From NCBI GenBank assembly GCA_965116925.1, contig OZ220744.1, positions 448,001 to 512,000 of the forward strand: a stretch of 64,000 bases of DNA. Reading direction: 5' to 3'. Every line of letters starts with the position of its first letter. Within the stretch, counting starts at the first letter, position 1. The position numbers and the translations under genes were made by a program. The notes under the pieces are model-generated. The model searched no databases. It was not told the DNA's origin and was given only the letters and a program-made list of their open reading frames with translations. This document shows positions 19,090 through 29,446 of this stretch, in pieces. The stretch comes from Candidatus Poribacteria bacterium (GTDB lineage: Bacteria; Poribacteria; WGA-4E; PCPOR2b).

Positions 19090-19118
19090 ATTATACTTTA
19101 TCTAAAAAAAGAATGCAA
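19090..19118 (-). promoter_or_regulatory. sigma70-type promoter of csp (long 5' UTR)
   Basis: TTGCAT-17 nt-TATAAT on minus strand, ~150 nt upstream of ATG. Confidence 0.6.
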
Positions 19119-19230
19119 GGAAGAATTCTAGTGAAAAATTGTCTGACAGTGAATTTCATCCTGAATTTACATGACACGAATAGTTTCTGCTTCTTTTTTC
19201 GTTGAAGCCCCCTATCAGATTTAGTCGTCC

Positions 19231-19992
19231 CTAATGTTGTAGTGTTTGGGAGATAAAAAGCTGGGTACGTTCATTCTGTGGATTATCGAAGAAAATCGCC
19301 GGTGCCGCTTCTTCCACAATTGCTCCTTCATCAATAAAAATTATCCGATCTGCCACCTCACGCGCAAACCCCATTTCATGTGTGACAACCAACATTGTCA
19401 TACCAGACGCAGCTAACTCGCGCATTACATCCAATACTTCGTTTATCATTTCAGGGTCAAGAGCACTTGTCGGTTCGTCGAATAGCATAATTTTAGGCTG
19501 CATCGCCAGAGCCCGTGCAATTGCCACACGCTGCTGTTGCCCGCCTGAAATCTGTGCCGGAAATTTGTGAGCATGTTCTTCGATACCTACCCGCTCTAAT
19601 AACGCTAAAGCCGCCGACTCCGCCTCGCTTTTTGCTGTCTTCTTCACCCAAATGGGGCTTAACGTTACATTCTGCAAGACGGTCAGGTGGGGAAACAGGT
19701 TAAACTGTTGGAAAACCATGCCGACTTCTTGGCGGATGCGGTCTATATTACGAAGGTCGTCGCTGAGCTCAATACCATCAACGATGATGCGACCCCTTTG
19801 GTGCACCTCCAAACGGTTTATAGTACGGATGAATGTAGACTTACCCGACCCTGAAGGCCCGCATATCACAACCTTCTCCCCTTTTTGGAACGTGGTGGTG
19901 ATCCCCTTCAGTACGTGGAAATCGTCGAACCATTTATGGACATCCTCACAGATAATAATCGAATCATCTGCGGTATTTTCAAGATCAGCCAC
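19231..19992 (-). CDS. aapP: Amino-acid ABC transporter ATP-binding protein
   Basis: [30 protein letters not shown]. Confidence 0.9.
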   Translation of the reverse strand: MADLENTADDSIIICEDVHKWFDDFHVLKGITTTFQKGEKVVICGPSGSGKSTFIRTINRLEVHQRGRIIVDGIELSDDLRNIDRIRQEVGMVFQQFNLFPHLTVLQNVTLSPIWVKKTAKSEAESAALALLERVGIEEHAHKFPAQISGGQQQRVAIARALAMQPKIMLFDEPTSALDPEMINEVLDVMRELAASGMTMLVVTHEMGFAREVADRIIFIDEGAIVEEAAPAIFFDNPQNERTQLFISQTLQH

Positions 19993-20036
19993 TTCTTTAT
20001 ATCTCCCTTCCTAGTATGTGCAAGGCAATTTCATTT

Positions 20037-21227
20037 CTACCCGAATCCGAGTTCCTCCTCAATTTCCTGGCTGACATAAGACATCAAGTAACTAAAAACA
20101 AAATAGACAACTGCTGCGAACAAATATACCTCCGCTTGCAGTCCCAACCAATCAGGGTTTGCAATGACCGCTTTGGCGATGCCCAGTAGATCTAGCAGCC
20201 CAATTACAGTAACCAGCGATGTATCCTTAAAGAGGCTGATGAACTGTCCAACAATTGCTGGAATAACCGAGCGAAGTGCCTGTGGTAAAATGATAAGTAA
20301 CGTCGTAAGCGGATAATTGAGCCCTAGCGCATGGGCAGCTTCATACTGTCCTTTTGGGATCGCTTGCAGCCCGCCCCGGACGTTTTCTGCCATGTAAGCC
20401 GCAGAAAAAAGTGTGATACCGACCATCGCCCGTAGGATTTTGTCAATGCGAAAATCAGGCAAGAAAATCGGGACCATAATCTGTGCCATGAACAGAATTG
20501 TTACCAAAGGCACACCGCGTACTGTCTCAATGTACGCTGTCGAAACCCATTTAATCGCAGGGAGACTGCTCCGCCGTCCGAGAGCTAAAAGAACGCCTAG
20601 CGGAAATGAGACAACGATGCCCACCGCTGCTAGAATCAGCGTTAGGAGAAGCCCACCCCAATTGCTTGTAAAAACAGTGGGCAAGCCTGCGAATCCGTGG
20701 AGCCATACCATCGTCCAAGGAAACGATAGCAACCAACCACCTATAACCCATCGACGTAACCCCTTTCTACCACGTCCCAAAAAAAGAGATGCTGCCAGCA
20801 ACGCCACCCCGCCTAACAAACCGAACCTATTCGAGAGGGTAGCGGGGAAAAGGGCTATAATAATCCCGATTCCTCCTCCTACACCTCCGATGACAAGGGT
20901 AAGCCGGAGGGCTAAACCGCCCCAAATTCCAGCACTCAACCCCAATAGGAGCCCCAAAGTATAAATCACAACCCATACACGCCATACCTCTGCTCTTGGA
21001 TAAGCACCAACTAGAAAAATTTGCAGATTAGCGGGGATAACCGCCCAATTTGCCTCAGTGAACGCCCAAGCTAAAATTCCCTTAAAGACAACGCATAAAA
21101 AAACAAAGGCTATAAGGGTGAAGAGTGCGTTATACCAAGTATTAAAAAGATTCTCCTTCAGCCACAGCAATATATTCTTCGATTCAGTCGGTGGTTTAAT
21201 TACTGGGATCGGTGCTTGCTCTTCCAC
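20037..21227 (-). CDS. aapM: Amino-acid ABC transporter permease
   Basis: WLKENLF, WGGLLLTL, RGVPL, GQYEAA. Confidence 0.88.
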   Translation of the reverse strand: MEEQAPIPVIKPPTESKNILLWLKENLFNTWYNALFTLIAFVFLCVVFKGILAWAFTEANWAVIPANLQIFLVGAYPRAEVWRVWVVIYTLGLLLGLSAGIWGGLALRLTLVIGGVGGGIGIIIALFPATLSNRFGLLGGVALLAASLFLGRGRKGLRRWVIGGWLLSFPWTMVWLHGFAGLPTVFTSNWGGLLLTLILAAVGIVVSFPLGVLLALGRRSSLPAIKWVSTAYIETVRGVPLVTILFMAQIMVPIFLPDFRIDKILRAMVGITLFSAAYMAENVRGGLQAIPKGQYEAAHALGLNYPLTTLLIILPQALRSVIPAIVGQFISLFKDTSLVTVIGLLDLLGIAKAVIANPDWLGLQAEVYLFAAVVYFVFSYLMSYVSQEIEEELGFG

Positions 21228-21242
21228 GCGATTTTTTTCCTC

Positions 21243-22427
21243 TCATCGTCCGATGCGGTTAATCCTGCGGTTGTACCAATTCATGTACGCCGATGTGGTC
21301 AAACTGATAATCAGATAACTCACCATAATCATCCCAAAAATCGGGATGGATTGTCCGGTTTGATTCATCATTGTATTACCGACGTTAAATAGATCTGGAA
21401 AGCCTATTGCAACAGCGAGACTGGAATTTTTAGTGAGGTTCAAATACTGACTAGTAAGTGGGGGCGCGATCACGCGCAAAGCTTGGGGCAGGATAACCAA
21501 CCTCAAGGACTGAAATTCACTGAGGCCTATCGCTTTAGCAGCCTCCCGTTGGCCCTGCGCCACGGACTGTATCCCACTTCTTACTACTTCAGCGATGAAA
21601 GCCCCAGTATAAATAACAAGTCCAATTAAAAGTGCCGAAAATTCAGGCGAAAGGTATATTCCACCAGCGAAGTTAAATCCCTTCAAAGCCGGTAGTTCCC
21701 AAGTAAATGGTCTACCCGGCGTCAGAAACCATCCCACAAAAGCGACCAACAGGAACGCCGGCAGTGCCCACTTGGCAGCAAAGCCGGGCTGTTCCATCTG
21801 TCGAAGCTTCCTCAACCGCACGAGATAGAGAACCAGTGCCAAAATAAGTCCCCCAGCGAGGTAGCCGAGCCAAGTATTTAAACTCGATGTGGGTTGAGGT
21901 TCAGGAAGATATACCCCCCGTTGGTTGATGAATACGCTTCCAAAGAATGCGAAGCTCCTCCGGACCGAAGGGAGTTGGAGGATTACCGCGGTATACCAAA
22001 ATAGAATCTGCAGCAGGAGGGGGATATTGCGAAAACATTCGACGTAAATCGCTGCTATATTTCTGACCAACCAATTACTTGAGAGCCGAGCGATACCGAC
22101 GACAAGCCCCAAGATTGTCGCGCACACAATTCCGATAATGCTGACCCTAATCGTGTTTACCACGCCTACCCAAAACGCTCTTAGATAGGTATCCGAAGGT
22201 TCATAAGCAATCCCTTCAGCGATCCCAAACCCTGCTTCATCATTAAGGAAATCGAGGTTCAAGGTCAAGCCAAGACCGCGGAGGCCCCTCAACATATTGC
22301 TGTAGAGAATGCCAGCTAACAGGAGGACTCCGACAAGGAAGATGACCTGAAACAGCACGCGCAGGACCCGAACATCCCGCCAGAAAGGGATGTTCTCTGA
22401 TACACTTTTAGGTGAGTTGTTTTCCAT
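21243..22427 (-). CDS. aapQ: Amino-acid ABC transporter permease
   Basis: AGFGI, FRNIPLLLQ, GFNF.GG, GQREAA, KNSSLAVAIG. Confidence 0.88.
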   Translation of the reverse strand: MENNSPKSVSENIPFWRDVRVLRVLFQVIFLVGVLLLAGILYSNMLRGLRGLGLTLNLDFLNDEAGFGIAEGIAYEPSDTYLRAFWVGVVNTIRVSIIGIVCATILGLVVGIARLSSNWLVRNIAAIYVECFRNIPLLLQILFWYTAVILQLPSVRRSFAFFGSVFINQRGVYLPEPQPTSSLNTWLGYLAGGLILALVLYLVRLRKLRQMEQPGFAAKWALPAFLLVAFVGWFLTPGRPFTWELPALKGFNFAGGIYLSPEFSALLIGLVIYTGAFIAEVVRSGIQSVAQGQREAAKAIGLSEFQSLRLVILPQALRVIAPPLTSQYLNLTKNSSLAVAIGFPDLFNVGNTMMNQTGQSIPIFGMIMVSYLIISLTTSAYMNWYNRRINRIGR

Positions 22428-22453
22428 GTTGTTGTGCGGTTTGAATGGTTGCA

Positions 22454-22629
22454 CTAGTACTCTGTCAAATAAATAGTGATAAGCCACTCACCGCTCGGCT
22501 TGGCTATGGCTATCCAAGCCGCTTTGTGGGGGAAGTATCTAAAGAAGGCTTTTGTACCACAATCTGTTAGATTGTGATCCGAGCCCGCAAACTAACAGTT
22601 TGCGCTACATTTATCTGACAATGCACTAA
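22454..22629. mobile_element. MITE-like element, family E
   Basis: CTAGTACTCTGTCAAATAAAT / ATTTATCTGACAATGCACTAA; same ends at 58245-58363. Confidence 0.65.
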
Positions 22630-22643
22630 GTTTATGAGACTCT

Positions 22644-23660
22644 TTAACGGAACGGCATCGCGTACAACAGCCCCCCTTGCGTCCAAGGCTTGTTGACGCC
22701 GCGTGGCAGACCAATAGGCGTGAGGTTGCGTTCAAAAATCTCACCATAATTGCCAACGGCAGCGATAACCTGACGCGCCCAATCTTGCGACAGACCAAGT
22801 TTACCTCCCATATCGCCTGTCTCGCCCAAGAAACGTCCAATCTCTGGGTTTTTGGATTCATAAGTGCTGACATTCGATTGAGTGATCCCATGCTCCTCGG
22901 CGAAGAACGTGGCATAAACAACCCAGCTTACGACATCGTTCCATCTGTTGTCTCCGTGGATAGTAACGGGTCCCAACGGTTCCTTCGAGATAGTCACATC
23001 AAGGATAGTGTGCTCCTCTGGATCCTTCAATACGTTACGACGGGCGGCTAGCTGCGATTTATCACTGGTAACGACATCACAACGTTCCTGCTCATAGCTG
23101 TTGTAAAGAGTATCAATCTCCTCAAAAACCACCGGCTTAAAATCTACTCCTAAAGCCCGCATTGTATCCGCGAGGTTTAGCTCAGTTGTGCTGCCAGCGG
23201 TGACGCAAATACTCGCCCCAGCCAAATCCTCTAAAGAGGTGATGCCGTGTTTTTTACGCAGCATGAATCCTTGCCCGTCGTAAAAGGTAGGCGGAGCGAA
23301 GTCTGCCCCTACTTGGGTGTCGCGGGTAAGCGTCCAAGTAGTGTTTCGGATCAAGACATCTATCTCCCCTGTCTGAAGGGCTGGAAAACGTTCCGGTGCC
23401 TTTAACGGCACGAATTCAACCTTATCTGGATCGCCGAGAATAGCTGCAGCAATTGCCCGACAATAATCCACATCGAAGCCACCCCATGTGCCATCTTGGC
23501 TGAGAAAACTAAAACCGGGCAACCCACCGTACACCCCACACACGAGCCTCCCTCTATTCTTTACTTTGTCTAAGACACTTTCCTGTCCGCTCGCTACTGG
23601 CGGGCCTACTAGTGAAATGGCTAGAACAAATACGAAAATGCTAATCCAAAACCTACACAT
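22644..23660 (-). CDS. aapJ: General L-amino-acid ABC transporter substrate-binding protein
   Basis: Signal peptide; GFDVDYCRAIAAA, RNTTWT..RD, ISKEPLGP, VGNYGEIF, GLLYAMPFR. Confidence 0.92.
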   Translation of the reverse strand: MCRFWISIFVFVLAISLVGPPVASGQESVLDKVKNRGRLVCGVYGGLPGFSFLSQDGTWGGFDVDYCRAIAAAILGDPDKVEFVPLKAPERFPALQTGEIDVLIRNTTWTLTRDTQVGADFAPPTFYDGQGFMLRKKHGITSLEDLAGASICVTAGSTTELNLADTMRALGVDFKPVVFEEIDTLYNSYEQERCDVVTSDKSQLAARRNVLKDPEEHTILDVTISKEPLGPVTIHGDNRWNDVVSWVVYATFFAEEHGITQSNVSTYESKNPEIGRFLGETGDMGGKLGLSQDWARQVIAAVGNYGEIFERNLTPIGLPRGVNKPWTQGGLLYAMPFR

Positions 23661-23749
23661 AAAATTCTCCTTTTTATTTTGGAATGAGGACCTGAAAATC
23701 CTTACCATCAGAAACTTGGAAAGCCTGAAATCGCTTATCTTCAACAAAA

Positions 23750-23778
23750 ATTGTAGCACAATTGCAAATTGCTGTCAA
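23750..23778 (-). promoter_or_regulatory. sigma70-type promoter of aap operon
   Basis: TTGACA-17 nt-TACAAT with TGn. Confidence 0.7.
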
Positions 23779-23796
23779 TCAATCTGCTACCAAAGG

Positions 23797-24002
23797 TAGG
23801 GTCATTTAGTTTTCCATTTTTTGACCGATTTCGGGGTGACACGAATCCGCAGGCGGCGCAGCCGGTCTCCCCACCGTTTGTAGTAGCGCAATTCATTGCG
23901 CGTTCTTGTGCCAACTGTCGATAGCATCTTTTATCCGTGTAATCTGTTAATCCGCGTCTATCCGTGATTCAGACAATAATATGGCAGAATTAAATGACCC
24001 TA
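23797..24002. mobile_element. MITE-like element, family A, copy 2
   Basis: Perfect 12-bp TIR TAGGGTCATTTA / TAAATGACCCTA; homologous to 17603-17806; no flanking duplication. Confidence 0.85.
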
Positions 24003-24019
24003 ATGCGATTGCCCTATAA

Positions 24020-24048
24020 TTGACACTACATCAAATTTTTGGTAAAAT
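24020..24048 (+). promoter_or_regulatory. sigma70-type promoter of VOC/aminotransferase genes
   Basis: TTGACA-17 nt-TAAAAT with TGn. Confidence 0.7.
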
Positions 24049-24105
24049 GTTCGGAGGTAGTGAATATATCAGTTACGCAATGACGTGTAACCTTGAGGAG
24101 GAAGC

Positions 24106-24567
24106 ATGAAAGTCACCGGCGCACATCACACTAGTTACACCGTTTCTAATCTTGAACGCTCGCTTGAATTCTATGTCGGATTGTTGGGCTGCGAGGTGAT
24201 TTGGCAGCGCGAAAACCGCGACCAATACTTCCGCGATATTGTAGGCTATCCTGATAGCGTCGCGAAGATGGCAATGTTGAGTATTCCCGGTTCAACTCAT
24301 GCCATCGAGCTAATTGAGTACGTCGTCCCGCGCGGTGTTTCTGCCGATGTTCGCACCAAAAATGTGGGCAGTTCACACATCGCATTTCTGGTTGATGACT
24401 TGCGGGCAGCGTATGAAGAATTGTGCGCTGCAGATGTAAAGTTTCGTTCACCACCTGTTGCGATTACAGCGGGTGCGAATAAAGGTGCTTGGGCAATTTA
24501 TATGACAGATCCGGATGGAATCACAATGGAGTTTTTCCAGCCACCAAAAACAGAAGCGAAGTTATAA
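24106..24567 (+). CDS. VOC/glyoxalase family protein
   Basis: HHTSYTV..LERSLEFY, IELIEY, HIAFLVDD, DPDGITME. Confidence 0.9.
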   Translation: MKVTGAHHTSYTVSNLERSLEFYVGLLGCEVIWQRENRDQYFRDIVGYPDSVAKMAMLSIPGSTHAIELIEYVVPRGVSADVRTKNVGSSHIAFLVDDLRAAYEELCAADVKFRSPPVAITAGANKGAWAIYMTDPDGITMEFFQPPKTEAKL

Positions 24568-24596
24568 TAAAAGTCAGCAGCAAATAAGGGGGTAGT

Positions 24597-25937
24597 ATGG
24601 ACAAGCAAGCATTACAAAATTCGTTGGAGGGCTTAATCACGGAATATGTGGCTAACAATCCTCGGTCAGGGGAGATGTTTGAACGGGCAAAGGAATCGTT
24701 GCCGGGGGGTAACACCCGCACCGGGGCGTATATGTCTCCCTTTCCGATATATATAGAGCGTGGTGAAGGTGTCTATTTCTACGACTTAGATGGTCACCGC
24801 TTGTTGGATTTTGTCAACAACAACACAGCTTTGATTCTGGGGCACGCTCACCCTGCGATTATCGAAGCACTTCAGGACCGGGTGGCAAAAGGAACGGCGT
24901 TTTCTCGACCGACAGCCCTTGAGGTCGAAATGGCGGAACTGTTGCGGGAGCGTGTGCCCTCCTTGGAACGAATTCGCTTCTGTAGCTCTGGAACGGAGGC
25001 GGTGTTGAACGCATTGAGAGTCGCTAGGGCTTTCACTGGTAAACGCAAAATTGCCAGATTTGAAGGGGCATATCACGGTGTGGGTGAATACGCGCTCGTT
25101 AGTTACGTTCCGCCATTGGGACCAGAGTTGGGACCTGCCGATCGCCCACGATCAGTTTCTTCGACAGCAGGCCTCTCACCAGCAGTTCTTGAAGAGGTGC
25201 TGGTATTGCCGTTCAACGACGCAGATGCTTGTGCAGAAATCATTAACGAAAATGCTGATGATCTGGCAGCGGTAATTGTAGACCCGTTGGCAACAGGAGC
25301 GGGCACCTGTGTCCCGGTAGACGGTTTTCTGACTCGTCTGAGAGAGCTGACAACGCAGATAAATGCGCTGCTAGTTTTTGATGAAATTATCAGCTTCAGG
25401 GCTTCCCCCGGTGGGGCACAGGAGCTTTACGGCGTGAGACCTGATTTGACGTGCATGGCAAAAGTCATTGCAGGCGGCACGGCGGGGGCTGCCTTCGGCG
25501 GACGCGCCGATGTGATGGAACTGTACAGTCCTATATCGGGAGCGAAGATTCCGCAGTCGGGAACCTACAACGCAAATCCTATCGCTACGGTCGCTGGACT
25601 TGTCACACTCCAAACGATGACGGCGGAGGCATACGACAAAATCGGTGCGTTGACGCAACAGTTGGGAGCAGAATTAGAAAGTGTGTTTGCTGAGGTAGAG
25701 GTCGAAGCCCAAGTCACCGCAGTTGGCTCGCTTTTCCGTGTCCACTTTCTACCTCGCCCCCCACGGAACTATCGAGAAGCTGCACAAGACGACAAGCTAT
25801 TACAGGATTATCTCTTTTTCTGGCTCTTGAACCACGGGATTCATTGGACAAGCGGTGGAAATGTGTCGCTTCCGATGACGGGGGAACATATTGACAGATT
25901 GGTATCCGAAGTTCGGGCTGCGTTTCAACAGTTCTAA
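24597..25937 (+). CDS. Class III PLP aminotransferase (GSA-aminomutase-like)
   Basis: SSGTEA, FEGAYHG, FDEIISFR, AKVIAGG, SGTYNANP. Confidence 0.9.
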   Translation: MDKQALQNSLEGLITEYVANNPRSGEMFERAKESLPGGNTRTGAYMSPFPIYIERGEGVYFYDLDGHRLLDFVNNNTALILGHAHPAIIEALQDRVAKGTAFSRPTALEVEMAELLRERVPSLERIRFCSSGTEAVLNALRVARAFTGKRKIARFEGAYHGVGEYALVSYVPPLGPELGPADRPRSVSSTAGLSPAVLEEVLVLPFNDADACAEIINENADDLAAVIVDPLATGAGTCVPVDGFLTRLRELTTQINALLVFDEIISFRASPGGAQELYGVRPDLTCMAKVIAGGTAGAAFGGRADVMELYSPISGAKIPQSGTYNANPIATVAGLVTLQTMTAEAYDKIGALTQQLGAELESVFAEVEVEAQVTAVGSLFRVHFLPRPPRNYREAAQDDKLLQDYLFFWLLNHGIHWTSGGNVSLPMTGEHIDRLVSEVRAAFQQF

Positions 25938-26043
25938 GCCACAGTAAAGGATTAGATAAATTTTTAATAGTTGAGCGGATCGATATCGTGTAACAGAAAC
26001 CGAGTTTTTGTCAAAAGCTCGGTTTCTCTCTGCGCCTCAATGA

Positions 26044-26228
26044 CTATTGATGCCAATTCGGTCCAAAGACTTTATCCAAGAATTCATTCCAATTTTTTAA
26101 GTTCGGATCTGCTTTGATTAATACCTTAATCCGTTTGACTTCGGCAGTCACTTGGGGATGATTTTTTGGAATCTCTTTTGAGAGAGCAGCTTCGATTTCA
26201 GCGGCCATTTCTATGTCTTGAGAAAGCT
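26044..26228 (-). pseudogene. Possible 3' gene remnant abutting a family C element
   Basis: Open frame KLSQDIEMAAEIEAALSKEIP...LDKVFGPNWHQ* running up to the element end at 26230. Confidence 0.35.
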
Positions 26229-26229
26229 T

Positions 26230-26446
26230 TAGGACTTACGCAGTTGAATACTCAAAGCCTCGTAGTTTGGTGATTTATTACCGAATAACACGACTCGTGA
26301 CACCCAATCAATTGTACAGCTACAGTAAATCCGTAGGTTTGTAGCAGGGCGATTTATCGCCCGGCTCCCCTCTATCCCCCACAAGCAGGGGGAGGAAAGA
26401 ACGCGCAATGAATTGTGCTACTGCAAACTGAAGTGCGTAACTCCTA
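26230..26446. mobile_element. MITE-like element, family C (inverted copy)
   Basis: TAGGACTTACGCA / TGCGTAACTCCTA; right part is the reverse complement of 11629-11705. Confidence 0.75.
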
Positions 26447-26593
26447 AAGAAAATACAAAAGGCAAAAAGAAACCGAGTTTTCAAGAAAAAAAACTCGGTT
26501 TCTTCGCACTAAATCTTAACATGAACGGGATTATTATCAGCATGATCTGCTGTTACCAACTTGTGATAAGCCGGTAACAGCAGATTCCAATGT

Positions 26594-26887
26594 TCATTTC
26601 TGTACGGTGACGGTTCGGGAATGAACGGAGATGACACCGGTGAAGAGACTGATGATGATATCGATCGCTTTTGCTTCGGTTCGGATTTCATAGTCGGTTG
26701 CTTCGCCCGCTATCGCGTTTGTATCCACTGCGTTGAGAGGCATATATCCAAACAGGATATACCATTGCCGTGCTTCGGTGACGGTATTGCCTTGTGGACC
26801 GTTCCCCACAGTGTGGACATGGGCAGAACAACCGATGATGAGCAGAACCCCAAGGATTAGCAGTACAGCAGAACATCGCTTTAACAT
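26594..26887 (-). CDS. Bor/Iss-like small lipoprotein
   Basis: Lipobox IIGC; RQWYILFG..PLN...RTVTVQK. Confidence 0.7.
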   Translation of the reverse strand: MLKRCSAVLLILGVLLIIGCSAHVHTVGNGPQGNTVTEARQWYILFGYMPLNAVDTNAIAGEATDYEIRTEAKAIDIIISLFTGVISVHSRTVTVQK

Positions 26888-26901
26888 AATTTCCTCCTAA
26901 T

Positions 26902-27522
26902 TTAAGGTGAATGATTGATTAAACTAAGAGAGCCAATTGATGATTCGATGGCTCGAAGCTCCTGTTTGTACACATCCCTCGGCACGACATAATCCACCTC
27001 GAACACGGGGGATTTGGGGGCATCGCAGATAAGTTTGATGAGTACAAAGTCGGTAGCAACAACGATTAATTGATGCACACGAAATGCATCTTTACGAAAG
27101 GTTGCACGCTGGACCTTCGCCATTGGGAACTGGCTACGGTAGGCACTCTCCAGCGTTTGTAATAAGGTTCCGTCGGGCGTGGCTTTCACAGCTTCTAACC
27201 TTGACACTACACACATCGCGCGCGTCGCTTCATTCAAGAAGACCCATTGAGGGGTCATCTGAAGCCCCTGCGTGAGGGTATCATCCAATTGGTCAATCAC
27301 TTGCGCGAGGGTTCCATCGTCGAGGACTGTCCACCCTTTTGGCGCGGCAATCTCTATCTTGAGCGTTGGATCCGTGATTGCGGGTTCGAGGCGTGTCTGA
27401 TCGACCTGAAAAACGAGCGATTCGTCGGGGGGCTTGGTGTTTTCACATCCGATCAGTCCGGACAGAATAATACCATACCAGAGAAAGATTTCTATATAGC
27501 TTTTTGAAGTATATAGAGTCAC
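26902..27522 (-). CDS. Hypothetical lipoprotein
   Basis: Lipobox LIGC; GGAG RBS. Confidence 0.65.
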   Translation of the reverse strand: MTLYTSKSYIEIFLWYGIILSGLIGCENTKPPDESLVFQVDQTRLEPAITDPTLKIEIAAPKGWTVLDDGTLAQVIDQLDDTLTQGLQMTPQWVFLNEATRAMCVVSRLEAVKATPDGTLLQTLESAYRSQFPMAKVQRATFRKDAFRVHQLIVVATDFVLIKLICDAPKSPVFEVDYVVPRDVYKQELRAIESSIGSLSLINHSP

Positions 27523-27631
27523 TCGTGTTATGTTCTCCTACACTGCCTGTGGGAAACACCAATTCCGAACTTGATTTTACCAACCGATTCTGTGGCTGTT
27601 CCCTTGAGGGTTGTGACGATTTTATTGATAA

Positions 27632-27673
27632 TACGACTTACGCATTTCAGCACAGTTGGCTGCGTAAGTCCTA
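27632..27673. repeat. Minimal family C element (ends only)
   Basis: TACGACTTACGCA-16 nt-TGCGTAAGTCCTA. Confidence 0.6.
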
Positions 27674-27689
27674 GATATCAACTCATGTC

Positions 27690-28931
27690 TCACGCCACAT
27701 ACTTTCGGACAGCAATGGATGTGTTATGTCCACCAAAACCGAAGGCGTTGGACAGTGCGACTTGAATATTTGCAGACCGTCCCTGATTTGGCACACAGTC
27801 TAAATCACACTCCGGATCGGGGTTTTCGTAGTTGATGGTCGGTGGGATATAGTCGTTTTCCATTGCACACAAGGTGGCAATCAACTCAACTGCCCCGGCA
27901 GCACCAAGCAGGTGACCTATCATAGATTTTGTTGCACTCATGGCAACACGATTGGCGTGGTCCCCGAAAAGCGACTTAACAGCCAGTGTTTCTGCAATAT
28001 CACCCGATGGCGTTGAAGTGCCGTGGGCATTGATATAATCTACGTCCTCCGGTGCGATTTGACCATCTTTGAGTGCTAACTCCATTGACTTGGCAGCACC
28101 CTCTCCATTTTCACTTGGGTGCACCATATCATACGCATCCGCACTCATCCCATAGCCAACAATCTCGCCATAGATAGGCGCATTGCGTTTCAAGGCGTGT
28201 GAGAGAGATTCCAAAACTAAGACACCTGCCCCCTCGCCCATCACAAACCCGTCGCGCTCTCTATCAAATGGACGGCTTGCCTGCTGCGGTTCGTTATTGC
28301 GCGTAGACATTGCACGCATGGCGCAGAAGCCGGCAAAACTTAGTGGGGTGATTGCGTCTTCTGAACCCCCGGCAAACATCACATCGGCATCGCCGCGCTG
28401 GATGATCTTGAACGATTCGCCAATCGCGTTGTTGGCGGTTGCACAGGCGGTAACAGATGCGAAATTGGGTCCCTTGAGTTTCAAATGAATCGAGATTTGC
28501 CCAGATGCCATATTGATAATCTCGTGAGGCACAAAAAACGGGCTGACTCTTCTCGGTCCTTTTTCAAGCAAGATCCGGTGATTTTCCTCTAGGACACTGA
28601 TGCCACCGATTCCGGATCCGACACCGACGCCAACGCGGTAAGGATCTACCGCAGAGAGATCGAGATCCGCATCCTGTTGGGCTTGGATTGCAGATACCAG
28701 TGCGTATTGGATAAACAGTGGCAAGCGCGCTACAGCCTTCCGTGGAAGATACGCTTCCGGCGCAAACCCTTTAATTTCGCCCCCAATTTGCGTACGAAAA
28801 TCCTCCGGATCAAAATGCGTAACCCGATCGATCCCGCTTTTGCCTACCGCAATTGATTCCCAAAATTCATCTTTAGTGTTGCCTACAGAACAGACAACTC
28901 CCATTCCAGTAATAACAACTCGATTCCCCAC
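27690..28931 (-). CDS. fabF: 3-oxoacyl-ACP synthase II
   Basis: [31 protein letters not shown]. Confidence 0.96.
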   Translation of the reverse strand: MGNRVVITGMGVVCSVGNTKDEFWESIAVGKSGIDRVTHFDPEDFRTQIGGEIKGFAPEAYLPRKAVARLPLFIQYALVSAIQAQQDADLDLSAVDPYRVGVGVGSGIGGISVLEENHRILLEKGPRRVSPFFVPHEIINMASGQISIHLKLKGPNFASVTACATANNAIGESFKIIQRGDADVMFAGGSEDAITPLSFAGFCAMRAMSTRNNEPQQASRPFDRERDGFVMGEGAGVLVLESLSHALKRNAPIYGEIVGYGMSADAYDMVHPSENGEGAAKSMELALKDGQIAPEDVDYINAHGTSTPSGDIAETLAVKSLFGDHANRVAMSATKSMIGHLLGAAGAVELIATLCAMENDYIPPTINYENPDPECDLDCVPNQGRSANIQVALSNAFGFGGHNTSIAVRKYVA

Positions 28932-29166
28932 GAATATACCTCTTTCGTTTTAGAAATATAGCCAATGGTGATAGTTTCAGTTGTTGATACGTTCTCCGGT
29001 TAAAGACCAACAGTGAAACGTGATGCGTGAAACGTGAAAACAATTCGTTCATTGGTTCAAAGGTCAAGGACTCTCGGAAGAAGATGGCAGGGAGGAAGGT
29101 TGGAGGGCGAATCTTCCACCCTCCCAATCTTCCAACTTTCCAATCTTTATTGAGCCAACACACCCC

Positions 29167-29400
29167 TTAGGCATTCTCATCTAGGTAATCAAGTGCCTGT
29201 TGCACAGTGCGAATTTTTTCAGCTTCACTGTCTGGAATTTCAATATCAAATTCCTCTTCGAGTGCCATGATTAGTTCCACTGTATCCAACGAATCAGCAC
29301 CTAAATCGTCCATAAACGAGGCATCAGGTTTAACCTGCTCTTCGTCAATCTGTAACTGATCTGCAATCATTTTGATAATTTGATTTTGATCTATTGCCAT
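29167..29400 (-). CDS. acpP: Acyl carrier protein
   Basis: [12 protein letters not shown]. Confidence 0.97.
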   Translation of the reverse strand: MAIDQNQIIKMIADQLQIDEEQVKPDASFMDDLGADSLDTVELIMALEEEFDIEIPDSEAEKIRTVQQALDYLDENA

Positions 29401-29446
29401 TGATTTATTAACCTCCTAAGTTATTGAAAATTGTACATGGATTCAC

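Noticed and set aside
24597..25937. hemL assignment
   Set aside because: Family motifs are present, but HemL-typical PGGVNSPVR and GKxIGGGxP are altered
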